The notes under the pieces were generated by a model, which was not told the origin of the DNA, did not search any database, and saw only the letters and a program-made list of their open reading frames with translations. Shown here in pieces: positions 21,733 to 34,754 of a DNA stretch of 64,000 bases. The stretch lies in contig CAVQGX010000003.1 of the NCBI GenBank assembly GCA_963712115.1, positions 65,443 through 129,442 of the forward strand. Reading direction: 5' to 3'. The position numbers and the translations under genes were made by a program. Source of the DNA: an uncultured delta proteobacterium. Its GTDB lineage: Bacteria > Desulfobacterota > Syntrophobacteria > BM002. Position 1 is the stretch's first letter; each line of letters starts with the position of its first letter.

Positions 21733-22156
21733 CGAAGACGAACTCCACAGAACCAACATTGGGAGCAGTTACCGTAGCCTTCCAGGTACGGCGACCACTG
21801 GGTCAGCGGACAATGACTCCTCTGCCCTGGTACAGAGATTCTCCTGTTAGCTTTAGAACAACCCGGTTTCTGCCCATGTTCATGCCGGGCATTCCTAGGT
21901 CTATGTAAGGATCGGCCACAAATTTGTCTCCAGCAAAGCGAACAGTAAAAGTGAGATCCTCCATTGCCTTGACCGGTTTGGGCTTGATGTCTAGGGTGAC
22001 CTGGATGTCTTTTAGGCTGGCACTGCATGGTCCGGCGTGGACGTCGCAGTCGACCCGCTCTGGCTTTCTCTCAGCGCTGGAGGCCATAGAGCAAATGGCA
22101 AATGTCATGAGAAAAAGGATCGCCGCAAACAGCTTAGCTTTCACAACCAGTTTCAT
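21719..22156 (-). CDS. Exported FixH/YtkA-like protein, probable selenoprotein (in-frame UGA at 21805-21803)
   Basis: Frame stays open past TGA as VIVR-U-PSGRRTWKATVTAPNVGSVEFVFDVVY* and overlaps the next start codon; SECIS-like hairpin; MPGMNMG motif. Confidence 0.7.
21771..21792 (-). promoter_or_regulatory. Candidate bacterial SECIS element
   Basis: GCCGUA-CCU-GGA-AGG-C-UACGGU hairpin starting ~11 nt 3' of UGA, G-containing loop. Confidence 0.6.
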
Positions 22157-22173
22157 AGGGGACTCCCAAATTC

Positions 22174-22415
22174 TAAATGCCTAAAGTGAACTAAAATGAT
22201 CTAAAATGCCTAAAATTGAACTGACCGCACCAACTAAGTAAATGAATATAGAAAAATTATTTCTACTTCACAATCAGAAATAATGGCTTATGTAAGTCCC
22301 CGCATTAGCCCTGTGGTCTCAGATGAAAATTCCCGCATACCATCTAACTTTAGGCACTTTAGATCATTTTAGTCACTTTAGGCATTTGTCTCACCCTAGA
22401 CATTTTAGGCATTTG
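22174..22415. repeat. MITE-like element with inverted 9-mer-periodic arms
   Basis: aaatgcctaaagtgaactaaaatgatctaaaatgcctaaa ... tttaggcactttagatcattttagtcactttaggcattt. Confidence 0.7.
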
Positions 22416-22518
22416 CGATTGCATCTACTGGATTCGTGCCTATATTTGAAGCAACGCCTTGCGGGCAAATGAAGTTTTAGTGATAACTTAATGTTTTAGA
22501 CAACAAAGGAGGTCTAAG

Positions 22519-23148
22519 ATGGCTCGTCTATTATATATAGAAGCTTCCCCGCGCAAAGAAAGATCTGCTTCAATCAGAATTGCCAGAACCTTTATTGAAG
22601 AGTATGAGCGTACTCACCCGGGCGATGTGGTTGAAACCATGGATCTCTGGCATACCAGTATGCCCGAGTTTGATGGCCATGTGATCGATTCCAAGTACGT
22701 CATACTCCAAGGTCTTGAGCACACAGATGAACAGAAACGTGCCTGGCGTGCTGTGGAAGATGTCATCTCACAATTTACCGGGGCTGACAAGTATCTCCTC
22801 TCCTTGCCCATGTGGAATTTCGGTATCCCCTACAAGTTGAAGCATTACATTGATGTGATAGTCCAACCGGGATACACCTTCAGTTTCTCTCCTGCGGAGG
22901 GTTATAAAGGTCTGGTAACTGGAAAGCCCGTCGCAGTAATCTACGCTCGGGGTGGTGCTTACGGCCCTGGTACCGGAGCTGAGAGTTACGACCTGCAAAA
23001 AGCTTATTTGGAGCACATTTTGGCTTTCATGGGCTTTAGCGACTTTCAAACCATTCTTGTAGAGCCAACTCTCGCTTCCCCTGAAGAAACAGACAAATCT
23101 GTGAAGGCAGCCACTGAGCTTGCCAAGACTATAGCGGCCAACTTCTAA
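22519..23148 (+). CDS. azoR: FMN-dependent NADH-azoreductase
   Basis: ASPR, PMWNFGIP..LK.YID, ARGG.Y motifs. Confidence 0.9.
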   Translation: MARLLYIEASPRKERSASIRIARTFIEEYERTHPGDVVETMDLWHTSMPEFDGHVIDSKYVILQGLEHTDEQKRAWRAVEDVISQFTGADKYLLSLPMWNFGIPYKLKHYIDVIVQPGYTFSFSPAEGYKGLVTGKPVAVIYARGGAYGPGTGAESYDLQKAYLEHILAFMGFSDFQTILVEPTLASPEETDKSVKAATELAKTIAANF

Positions 23149-23547
23149 TCGATGGCCCCCATGGCAACTAGGCACCCACAAGTCATTACACTTCGCGCTT
23201 GTGCGCTTCGTTGTCACTTGGGCTGCGCCTGTCATTAGGCCTTACGACCGTCATTAAGTTGTTTTAACACCACAATGACAGTTAACAATGAATGACAGCG
23301 AAGTGTATTGACCTAATGGCTATGAATGACGCTGAAGGCATATTGACAGCGTAGCGTAGTGACGGCCACCTTCAGTGGCCAAATGACTACAAATGACCGC
23401 GAAGCCATATGACTTAATGACAAATGAGCGAAGCTTTGTGCCATGCGCATCTAGACAATTGCGGGGGAGTGGAGTATTATGCCGGGGTTGCAGACCTGGA
23501 ACCTTTTGAAATAATCACACATGAGGATTACAAACGAGGAGGGCTTG

Positions 23548-24168
23548 ATGGCAGTTATAACCATTAGCAGGGAATGTGGGGTGGAGAGCGAAAAGGTGGC
23601 GTCCCTCTTGGCCGAAAAACTGGGTTGGGAATATATTGGCAAGCAGCTAGTGGCTAGAATTGCTAAAGAACTCCGCATCTCAGAAAGTGAAGTAGAGGCC
23701 TTTCGCCAGGATTCACAATCGCGCCTTCTTCGGTTCGTGGACAAATATACCTGTACGCTCGTACAAAAGGTGGTTGATCGCGAGCGCGGTTGTTTGGACG
23801 ACAATGCCTATTTTGAGACCACGAAGAAGCTGGTGGAGAACATCTATGGGGAAGGCAATGCCATTATTCTCGGTTGGGCAGCACAGTGTATCTTAGGAAG
23901 GAAGCCGGATACCCTCCACGTGAGATTGATCAGAGATGAGGAGGGGAAAATTAAAACCATCATGAAGCGTTTCAACATAGATCGGGATGCAGCCAGAGAT
24001 CACATTCGCCGGGAGGAAAAGGACTCAAAAAGTCTGATCAAGCATTACTTCAACGTGGATTGGAACGACGCCAAACTTTACGACCTGATCATAGATATGG
24101 GTAAAACCTCTGTTGAGGAGGCTTTAAACACCATCATCGATAATCTAAAACGGAAGACCAAGTTATAA
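23548..24168 (+). CDS. Cytidylate kinase-like family protein
   Basis: ITISRECG, LA.KLG, HYF..DW....YDLII. Confidence 0.82.
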   Translation: MAVITISRECGVESEKVASLLAEKLGWEYIGKQLVARIAKELRISESEVEAFRQDSQSRLLRFVDKYTCTLVQKVVDRERGCLDDNAYFETTKKLVENIYGEGNAIILGWAAQCILGRKPDTLHVRLIRDEEGKIKTIMKRFNIDRDAARDHIRREEKDSKSLIKHYFNVDWNDAKLYDLIIDMGKTSVEEALNTIIDNLKRKTKL

Positions 24169-24285
24169 ATAGACCAAGCTGAACCATTTAGCAGGTGGAG
24201 AAGTTTGGATCCAAACTTTCCGCTCTCCTAATACTACCAGAAAGTCTTCCAAAGACTCTGGGAATCATCGTCTCATTAAATTGAA

Positions 24286-25656
24286 ATGCTAAAGAGTTAC
24301 AAGTCATTACCATCCACACTCGTGGCGGACTATATTGTTCGACCGGCAGAGTCTTTCTTCAAGAAAGAGGCATCAAGCAGTGTGTTACTGCTCCTGGCCA
24401 GCTTTGTGGCAGTTGCTTGGGCCAATTCCGCTCTCGCTCCTTTTTATCATGATCTATTGCACACCCACCTCACTCTCGAGTTAGGCGAATATCAGATAAC
24501 CAAGTCCCTGCTTCATTGGATCAACGATGGTCTAATGACCTATTTTATTTTTATTGTGGGGTTGGAGATAAAGCGCGAAATTTTAGTAGGCGAGCTTTCA
24601 AACCCCAAGAGTGCCCTTCTCCCCGTTGTCGCTGCCCTCGGAGGCATGCTTGTTCCCGGAGCCATTTATTTTGCCATAAATCGCGGTACTCCGACTGCCA
24701 GTGGCTGGGGCATACCCATGGCAACAGATATCGCCTTTGCCCTGGGGGCCATTGCTGTATTCGGCCGAAAACTACCTGTGGGCTTGAGAGTTTTCCTTTC
24801 TGCCTTTGCTATTGCCGATGACCTTGGTGCCGTGGTGATTATCGCGGTCTTTTACACCAAGGAAATCGTCTGGGGTTATCTGATAATCTGCCTATTCTTC
24901 GTTGCTGGACTCGTCGTTGCCAATCTCCTCTGGATCAGGTGGGCTCTGCTCTATGCCCTGCTGGGTCTCGGCATCTGGGTTGCTGTTTTGGGTTCCGGGG
25001 TTCATCCAACGGTGGCAGGGTTCGTGGTTGCCATGTTCATCCCGGCGCGGGGTAAATATGACACCGATAGATTCGTCAAGAAGATTAAAGAAATCATGGA
25101 TGAGTTTCAATGTGAGGAACAGAGCTGCGGCTACTCTATACTACTTGACCGCGGTCACCTCAATGCGGTGCACGCTTTGGAAATGGCCTGCCACGAGGTG
25201 GAAACCCCTTTGCAGAGGCTTGAACACTCCCTGCACCCATGGATCGCCTTTGTTTTGCTTCCCCTTTTCGCTTTTGCCAATGCAGGTCTGTCCCTCAAGG
25301 GAATCGACTTGACAAGTATTATGCATCAGCCTCTGACCTTGGGGATCACCCTGGGTCTTTTCCTCGGAAAACCTATAGGCATCGCCCTTTTTTCCTTGCT
25401 GGCCGTCAAGACAAATATAGCGGTGCTCCCCGCTGAAGTTAGGTGGTCACACATCATCGGTGCTGGCCTATTGGGCGGCATAGGCTTCACCATGTCCTTA
25501 TTCGTCTCCGGACTCTCCTTTACCGCACCGGAGCTACTCAATTACGCCAAGTTGGGAATTTTGTTGGGATCGATCCTCTCAGCATCAGCGGGACTTGTGT
25601 TCCTGGCGTGGTATTGTGCTTTCCAGGGTAAGAGAAAAGAAAACACACCCGCCTAA
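24286..25656 (+). CDS. nhaA: Na+/H+ antiporter NhaA
   Basis: WINDGLM, GLEIKRE, PMATDIAF, AIADDLG, GIGFTMSLF. Confidence 0.95.
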   Translation: MLKSYKSLPSTLVADYIVRPAESFFKKEASSSVLLLLASFVAVAWANSALAPFYHDLLHTHLTLELGEYQITKSLLHWINDGLMTYFIFIVGLEIKREILVGELSNPKSALLPVVAALGGMLVPGAIYFAINRGTPTASGWGIPMATDIAFALGAIAVFGRKLPVGLRVFLSAFAIADDLGAVVIIAVFYTKEIVWGYLIICLFFVAGLVVANLLWIRWALLYALLGLGIWVAVLGSGVHPTVAGFVVAMFIPARGKYDTDRFVKKIKEIMDEFQCEEQSCGYSILLDRGHLNAVHALEMACHEVETPLQRLEHSLHPWIAFVLLPLFAFANAGLSLKGIDLTSIMHQPLTLGITLGLFLGKPIGIALFSLLAVKTNIAVLPAEVRWSHIIGAGLLGGIGFTMSLFVSGLSFTAPELLNYAKLGILLGSILSASAGLVFLAWYCAFQGKRKENTPA

Positions 25657-25786
25657 GGTAACTAAGCACTTTGTCGGTTGCCCTGCTTGCCCTAATCAGT
25701 TATAGTCTACTACCTCCGTATGAGATCTTCACCAGCCTTGCACAACAAAAGAATGAAGACTGACAAGAATAGCATGGGAAAGCGGT

Positions 25787-26686
25787 ATGAACTCTTCATT
25801 GACACCTGATCGTGAGTTACGCAAAGTCATCGAAACAGCTGCCCGGGCCGACAGCAATCTTTGCTGGGCTTGCGGCACTTGTGACAACGAATGCCCTATT
25901 AACGCCGCCAGCAACCGGCTTAGCCCGCGAAAAATTGTGAGGTTGGCCAATTATGGATTATTGGATGAGTTGCTCGGCGAGCCGGAAATCTGGTACTGCC
26001 TGACTTGTTATCGTTGCTTCGATGGTTGTCCCAACGGAGTGAGACCGGCGGAGGTAATCCAGTTTATTCGGGAAGAAGCTTTGCGCCGTCAAATAGTGAA
26101 ATGGGAAGCGGTACAAAGCTGCAAGAGACTTTTCGGCCGTTTCCAGCGAGTCCGCTGGCACGCTACCGTGCGATGCATGGATGGGGAACTGAACGGTGTT
26201 TCTGAACAACAGTGGTACGAATGGCTGGAAACCCCCGTGGAAATGTCGCGGACCAATATAGAGCCCAAGGGTGTTGCCAACCGGACGGTGTATTTCCGTC
26301 AGGCGGCCGATTCAAATATAACCCTCTGCCTGACTTGCAGCGAATGCACCAACTGCTGTCCGGTATTCCATGAGCGATCTATTTTTGACCCCCAAGCAAT
26401 CATCCGCATGGTAAACATGGGCCTTACTGAAGAGCTCCTGGGTTCTCCGTCCATCTGGCTTTGCATCGGTTGTGGTCGCTGCAGCCAAGCCTGTACCCAG
26501 ACGGTCAAGGGAAGGGAGATTATCGCCCGTCTGCGGAAAATGGCCATTGACGGCGGCTACGTAAGCCCGCAACTGCCCAGGAGACTGAAAAAAGCCGAAA
26601 AACTAATCTATCCAAGATTGCTGGACGAAATCGATGCATGCTTTGATTTCTCCAGAGCAAGAATACCCATCTCTGCTACCGCTTAG
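25787..26686 (+). CDS. Tandem HdrC-like 4Fe-4S dicluster protein
   Basis: Four CxxCxxCxxxC motifs in two HdrC-like halves. Confidence 0.8.
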   Translation: MNSSLTPDRELRKVIETAARADSNLCWACGTCDNECPINAASNRLSPRKIVRLANYGLLDELLGEPEIWYCLTCYRCFDGCPNGVRPAEVIQFIREEALRRQIVKWEAVQSCKRLFGRFQRVRWHATVRCMDGELNGVSEQQWYEWLETPVEMSRTNIEPKGVANRTVYFRQAADSNITLCLTCSECTNCCPVFHERSIFDPQAIIRMVNMGLTEELLGSPSIWLCIGCGRCSQACTQTVKGREIIARLRKMAIDGGYVSPQLPRRLKKAEKLIYPRLLDEIDACFDFSRARIPISATA

Positions 26687-26889
26687 CCATCCCAGTCTAC
26701 CCCAGCGTTTCGAGTTGGCGATTCTTTTTTGACGCCCCAGATAAAATCGACAAGCTGATTGACAAATAGGATCAACTACGATATAAGCTAACATCCTATT
26801 TTATGATTTTTAAATGGAAGTGAAGATCAGCAGACTTTCTCTGCTGGCGAGTGCGTTATTTATCTCTGAACTATTTGGCCACTGCCCAT

Positions 26890-27336
26890 ATGAATGCCGG
26901 AAGCAATAAAACAGAAGAGAGACTCCGTTCTTTCGAAAGCATTTGCCGCGAGCATGGTTTGAGCATAACTCCTCAAAGAGTTGCCATTTATAAAGAGTTA
27001 GTTTTCTCTGCAGAACATCCATCAGCTGTTACAATCTTTAACAAGGTAAGGGAATACTTTTCGAATATTTCATTAGATACGGTAAACCGTACCCTGTTGA
27101 CTTTTTACGAGATCGGCTTGGCCAAGGTAGTTGAAAGCTCTGGGGACCCGAAGCGTTTTGACCCTAACCTAGAGCCGCACCATCATTTCAGATGCATCAG
27201 CTGTGGAGAGATTATAGATTTTCGTGATGAGTTCTACGATGCTCTGGAGATTCCTGCCGAAATCAAAGAAAAGTTTGTTGTCTTGGAGAAAAAGGTACAC
27301 TTGGAAGGATTTTGTGATCAATGCAGAGCAACCTGA
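26890..27336 (+). CDS. perR: Fur-family regulator, PerR-like
   Basis: [21 protein letters not shown]; directly upstream of katG. Confidence 0.8.
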   Translation: MNAGSNKTEERLRSFESICREHGLSITPQRVAIYKELVFSAEHPSAVTIFNKVREYFSNISLDTVNRTLLTFYEIGLAKVVESSGDPKRFDPNLEPHHHFRCISCGEIIDFRDEFYDALEIPAEIKEKFVVLEKKVHLEGFCDQCRAT

Positions 27337-27364
27337 AAGATTATCAACGAAAGGAGGAAACATT

Positions 27365-29562
<2,198 letters not shown>

Positions 29563-29774
29563 TCGTAGCATAAACGTCTTCGAGGGCTTCTGAAGCGTAT
29601 TCTGAACTGCAAATCGGATGATCAGGAAGCGATAACCGCCACGAATTGACGGATGTTTTGAACGCTCACGGAGGCTATTAGCAACATATGAGCGCGGCGT
29701 TTCAATACAATCTGAAACGCCGCCCTTTCTTTAGGCCCTTACAGTCTGCTGGTCACAGAATCGGAGCCAAAAAC

Positions 29775-29842
29775 ACATAACAAGCGCCTCAAGGGTGACA
29801 CCTTCCGCGTTGCTCCAGGCGCACCTTAGGCGAGCGTTCAAG
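29775..29842 (+). other. Solo integron attC-like site
   Basis: CATAAC-AAGCG-CCTCAAG...CTTAGG-CGAGC-GTT; L boxes pair with one extrahelical base. Confidence 0.5.
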
Positions 29843-30448
29843 GATAATTATCCTATACACGATTTTCAGTCGCTCCTAAGAATCAACCATACATTTCGTA
29901 AGCATGATCATCCACAGCATCCTGTGGTCAATGGGTTAAGACAAACCCGGAGACAAATGCTATAGATGTGAAGTCCTGGATGTCTTCGAAACCTTGCCAT
30001 ACGCATATCATATGTGAACTTTCTTAAAAGTTAACATCTTGGCAAGAAACGCACCAGAGTACCAGAAAAAGATCAACTCTTTTTTTGCCCTTCTTTCGAG
30101 ACAACACTTCCCCTGTGCCGGTTTAGCCCGGTTTTTTTGAGCTTTTGTGAAACCGAGGTGAAAGCTCACAGTCATGGATATCTGCAGTTCGGCGTAGCCG
30201 GTGGTTACCCCCCGCCCATGGTGTCCGACTTTGGCAAACTGGTATGACAAGATCTTCTGTTCTGTCCAGGATCAGAGTACCTTGGAGCCATAAGGGTTCG
30301 GACGGACAGGGTGAGGCATTCTTGCCATAGCCGTCGATGATCTCGCTCGCATTGTCGAGCACCGCGGCAGTTATGTTGAAAGCCATCCTGTCCGCCGAAA
30401 CTACAAAGTTCTCTCGCTGTTGCTGCCATCTGCGTTTTCAGGCTGGGG

Positions 30449-31897
30449 TTATAGCTTGAGTTTTATCCCATAGATCTCCTGTACAATATGTCGCCATTGA
30501 CCTAAGGGGTTGTGCTTTGCAAAGGCTACTTTGAGTGCATCGGCTTTATTCCATTTTTCGCGCAACTGAGGCCACACAGCCAGGTAGTAGCCAGCCCGCT
30601 CTTGTGCTCTGACTTGATCATTTCGAAGATGAGGTGGCAGATAGATTTGTGAGGTTCGCATCAGAGACATGGCCATGCGCAAGAATCGACGGCCCATGCC
30701 GAAGTCGGCGTGCTGTCCGGCTCCCTTACGACGCTTGTAATCTACTACCAGCTCCTTTGGGCCAAAGCGGCCGATGTGGAAAGCCGACTGGACCACAGAG
30801 TCTTTGAGAAGATGGTTGCTCCTTTTGCTGACTCGACCCGTATGGGCTGCTCCATTGGGTCCCCCAGATTGTTTAACCCTGGGGATAATACCGGAGTATG
30901 AAGTCAGATTGTTCAGCGGCTTTTGTTCAAAGGGACTGCCGATTTCAGCCGTAATCCCGGCCGCCAAAACAATGCCGATGCCTTTAATGCTGGTTAGAAA
31001 TGCACCCTGGCTTTGAGCAAGCGGCAAGGCGATTTCTTTCTCAAGTTGCTCAGTATTCTCTAACAAGCAGCGGTAGAGTTTGATGTGATGGGCTAGGGAG
31101 ATCTGTAAGGTAGCTGCGTATTGGTTCTGGATGGTAAGCACCTGAGCAGCATAGGTTTGCACTTTGGCGGCTGTAGCTTCTGGATCAGCTGTTCCGTAAC
31201 GTTTGAGTATGTTGCAAAGCGTAGAGCGCTTGCGCCTGCGGATTTGCTGGGCACTGAAGCTATTTTCCATCAAGTACAGTGAACTGTTTGAAAAAGGGGT
31301 GATCCCGCTTTTTTTCTCGTTCAGAAACCCTGGAAAAAGCCGATCGACCACAGCGTGGACTCGGTTACGAACTTCAGTTTTCATGACAACTAGCTTTTTT
31401 CTGTGCCGCACAAGAGTCCGAAGGTTACGATAAATCCCAGTTTGGGCAGGAGAGCAATTTGCTCGCCGGTTGAGCAGCATGGTGGCAATGCCCATCAAGT
31501 CCAGACGATCTGTGCTGGCTTGAAGATTCTGTCGTTGCTTTTTTGCATCGTGGGCATTTACATGGGCCACCAGCCATCCCTTAGAGCGCAGAGTGTTGGC
31601 AAAATTCTCTGCATATGAATTGGCATCTTCACCGCCAAAGAAGACATGCTCTTTTCTTATTCGGCGGTGACGGCAAGAGCGGGTTACCTGATCGACAAGA
31701 TACTCGAGACCCTCCGGAGAGTTCTTCACCGAAAACGGCTTTCTGACAATATCACCATAGCCGTTACAGAACATGACCACATGGTCCTTCTTCGCATAAT
31801 CGATGGGTACGCACATCACTTTGGCACTGTTTGCTGCTTGCTCAAAGAGACGAAGAAGCCCTTGACTTTGATTCGTATAAATGGTTCGCTTTTTCAT
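30449..31897 (-). mobile_element. IS110-family transposase
   Basis: DEDD RuvC residues (IDYAK, GED, TDRLD); C-terminal SIKGIG..AEIG..YSGIIP..QSG. Confidence 0.88.
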
Positions 31898-32566
31898 GGT
31901 GAAGCTCCTTTGAGTTGTGCAGCTGCTTCATTGCAGACTGCCCCTAAATCATGTCACCGGCTAAACCGGATGGCTACTAACCAAGGGAGCTTCACTTTTT
32001 TTTCGAGATGCTTAACTGAGAATCTGGCTGAGAACAACATATGCAGTTACGCCCCGAGTTATAGAGTTGAGGAGCCTCGGCGAGCTCGCCAAAGGCTCCC
32101 TCGCCTCCCCAAAATCTATACCTCAGAAACGTACCAGATATGTTCACTGTCTCATCATAGAGATCTACCCCAGCATCTTGAGTTATAGTGCTCCCCCTGA
32201 TCCATCCACAATATTGTACTGACCTAGATGACCAGTGGGCCCTGATGCGAGGATGTAATCTACGCTCTGACTCTGTTTTCCTGGAAACCGGATTAGTCAT
32301 CACTATATGCACTCAGAAGACATGAAATATCCTTTCGAGTGTCTTGAGTACTATCGACTAAGGTCACCCGACGTTAGGCATTTTTGACTTGTCATGCTTG
32401 CCGGCTTTTTGTAGCCTGTGATTAGCCCATCTCTTGATCCTTAGCATGCATTTCATCTTCAGTCTCCTACTGCTCTGCTAGATCTGAGATTCTCCATCCA
32501 CATCCTGATGGGCAATCGCTCTAAACAGCCAAGCATGGTCGCGTTTCGTCTTACAAGGAACAAAGA

Positions 32567-34408
32567 ATGAAAGAAGAAGATAAACCAAAAGAGCAGTTCA
32601 CAAAAGAAGAAGAGGAACTGCGCCACGAGTTTACTAGATCGGAAGCATCAGAAACGGAACACATATCGTTTGAAGAGGCCTTGAGGAGAAGCGAAGAGCG
32701 TTACCGTAATGTTTATGATACTGCGCCTCTTGCTTTTGTCATTTGGGATCGTGATTGTCGCATTACTGGTTGGAACAAGTCTGCAGAGAGGATGTTTGGA
32801 TGGTCCCGAGAAGAGGTCATAGGGCGTAACTTCTTTGAGTTCCTCATCCCGAAGGGAGCACGACCACAAGTCGAGGAGATTGTTGACAATTTGCTTCAGG
32901 GAAAGCTTCCAAGCTACAGTATTAATGAGAATCTGACAAAAGGCGGGGAGATAATCCTGTGTGAGTGGAATAACTCAATTCTCTACGACAGCGAAGGCCG
33001 CTTTGACGGCGCAATATCCCTAGCACTCGATGTTACTGGTCGCAGGCGGTCGGAGGAGGCTTTGTGGAAGGTCAACCGAGCTCTAAAGATGCTAAGCGAG
33101 TGCAACCATGCTCTGGTGCGTGCTGCGAACGAAGAGGACTTGCTTCATGATATATGCCAGATCATCGTGGACAAGTGGGGATATCGATTAGCGTGGGTTG
33201 GAATTGCCATCACGGATGAAAAAAAGACGGTTGTACCAGTGGCTCAGGCCGGATATGAGGAAGGTTATCTTGAGAGTCTGAACATTACATGGGACGATAC
33301 TGAAAAGGGACGAGGGCCAACGGGTGTGGCCATAAGAACTAGGAAGCCCAGCATTGCCAAAGACATCCTGAACGATCCTAATTTTGCCCCTTGGAGAGCT
33401 GAAGCGACCAAACGTGGCTACGGGTCATCAATCGCGCTACCCTTGATTACCAACGGTCGTGCCTTGGGAACGTTGAATATATATGCAGAGGAGACAGATG
33501 CCTTCAACGAGGAGGAAGTTGAGTTGCTGGCACAATTAGCCGATGATCTCTCCTTTGGAATGAATTCACTAAGGACTCGTGAAGAGCGAAATAGAGCAGT
33601 GGAGGCCTTGCAAAAGACCCATGACGAGTTGGAAAGGAGGGTGGAAGAGCGCACAGCTGAATTGGTGAAAGCAAATGAGCAACTCAAAAGCGAAATGGAA
33701 AATCGCAAGCGTCTGGAGAAGGCTTTGGTGCAGAGGGAAAAGCTTGAAACGCTGGGTGCCATAGCTGCCGAGGTAGCCCACGAGATCAGGAATCCGCTTG
33801 TCTCCATAGGCGGTTTTGCCCGACGCCTCCAAGAAAGATTTCCAAACTTACCAGAGTGCAACATCATCCTTAACGAATCCCAACGCTTGGAAAAGATATT
33901 AACCAGGATAAAAAATTACCTCAAACCAGTGGAAATAAGTCCTCAGGAGTGTTCGGTCAACAAAATCATCGCTGATTGTGTGGACCTGCTATCTCCCGAG
34001 ATGGATCGCAGGCAGGCAATGTGCCAATTGGATTTAGATCCAAAACTCTCAGTAGTTTTGGCAGATCCTTCTATATTGGCTCAGATTTTCATTAATCTAA
34101 TCCGTAATGCCTCGGCGGTTATGATTGAAGGGGGGATCCTGAACATCAGGACTTTTGAGAGAGAACAAGATCTCCAGATTGAGTTCAAAAATAGAGCCGC
34201 TGGTGCAAAGATCAAACAGCCTGAACTGCTATTCATGCCTTTTGCTGAAGGTGGTCGAAGTCTAGGGTTGCCGCTCTCCTATAAACTACTCGAGGATATG
34301 GGTGGTTTTCTGTCTGCTACCCAAGAGCAAGATTTTATGATCTTTACGGTTTCTTTGCCAAAAACAGCTCAGCCGAATCCAGGAGAAGAGGAGTCTAAGA
34401 CAGGGTAA
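32567..34408 (+). CDS. PAS-GAF sensor histidine kinase
   Basis: PAS (WNKSAERMFGW), GAF, H-box AHEIRNP, N-box QIFINLIRNA; degenerate G boxes. Confidence 0.88.
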   Translation: MKEEDKPKEQFTKEEEELRHEFTRSEASETEHISFEEALRRSEERYRNVYDTAPLAFVIWDRDCRITGWNKSAERMFGWSREEVIGRNFFEFLIPKGARPQVEEIVDNLLQGKLPSYSINENLTKGGEIILCEWNNSILYDSEGRFDGAISLALDVTGRRRSEEALWKVNRALKMLSECNHALVRAANEEDLLHDICQIIVDKWGYRLAWVGIAITDEKKTVVPVAQAGYEEGYLESLNITWDDTEKGRGPTGVAIRTRKPSIAKDILNDPNFAPWRAEATKRGYGSSIALPLITNGRALGTLNIYAEETDAFNEEEVELLAQLADDLSFGMNSLRTREERNRAVEALQKTHDELERRVEERTAELVKANEQLKSEMENRKRLEKALVQREKLETLGAIAAEVAHEIRNPLVSIGGFARRLQERFPNLPECNIILNESQRLEKILTRIKNYLKPVEISPQECSVNKIIADCVDLLSPEMDRRQAMCQLDLDPKLSVVLADPSILAQIFINLIRNASAVMIEGGILNIRTFEREQDLQIEFKNRAAGAKIKQPELLFMPFAEGGRSLGLPLSYKLLEDMGGFLSATQEQDFMIFTVSLPKTAQPNPGEEESKTG

Positions 34409-34754
34409 TAGCCAACCTTTTTCTCATTCTTGGAAGACAATGACTTGATAACCCAAAATTCTAAGGTATCCATAATATATCTTGAACAAGGCTAGCTGCA
34501 TTCAAATTAGCGAGTTTGGCAAGCGATCCCGCACTAATCTTGGAGCAGAAAATCTCTTGGAAAGACACTGACGAGCAAGAAATTGAAGGCCCAAGATCTT
34601 TAGATCTCATATCTTAAATGGCCATTTTTCCCCAAGAAACTACTATCATGGCAAGATGTGGACTGCTGAACTGTGGGACTCGACCGCAACATGCTGTAAA
34701 TAGGAAATCGTTCAGCAGTTTGTTCAACAGCTTCCCATCAAGGGGGCCGTTAAG

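Noticed and set aside
24180-24285. Hairpin upstream of nhaA as a cation riboswitch
   Set aside because: Only a generic hairpin is visible; I cannot match it to a known motif without a covariance model.
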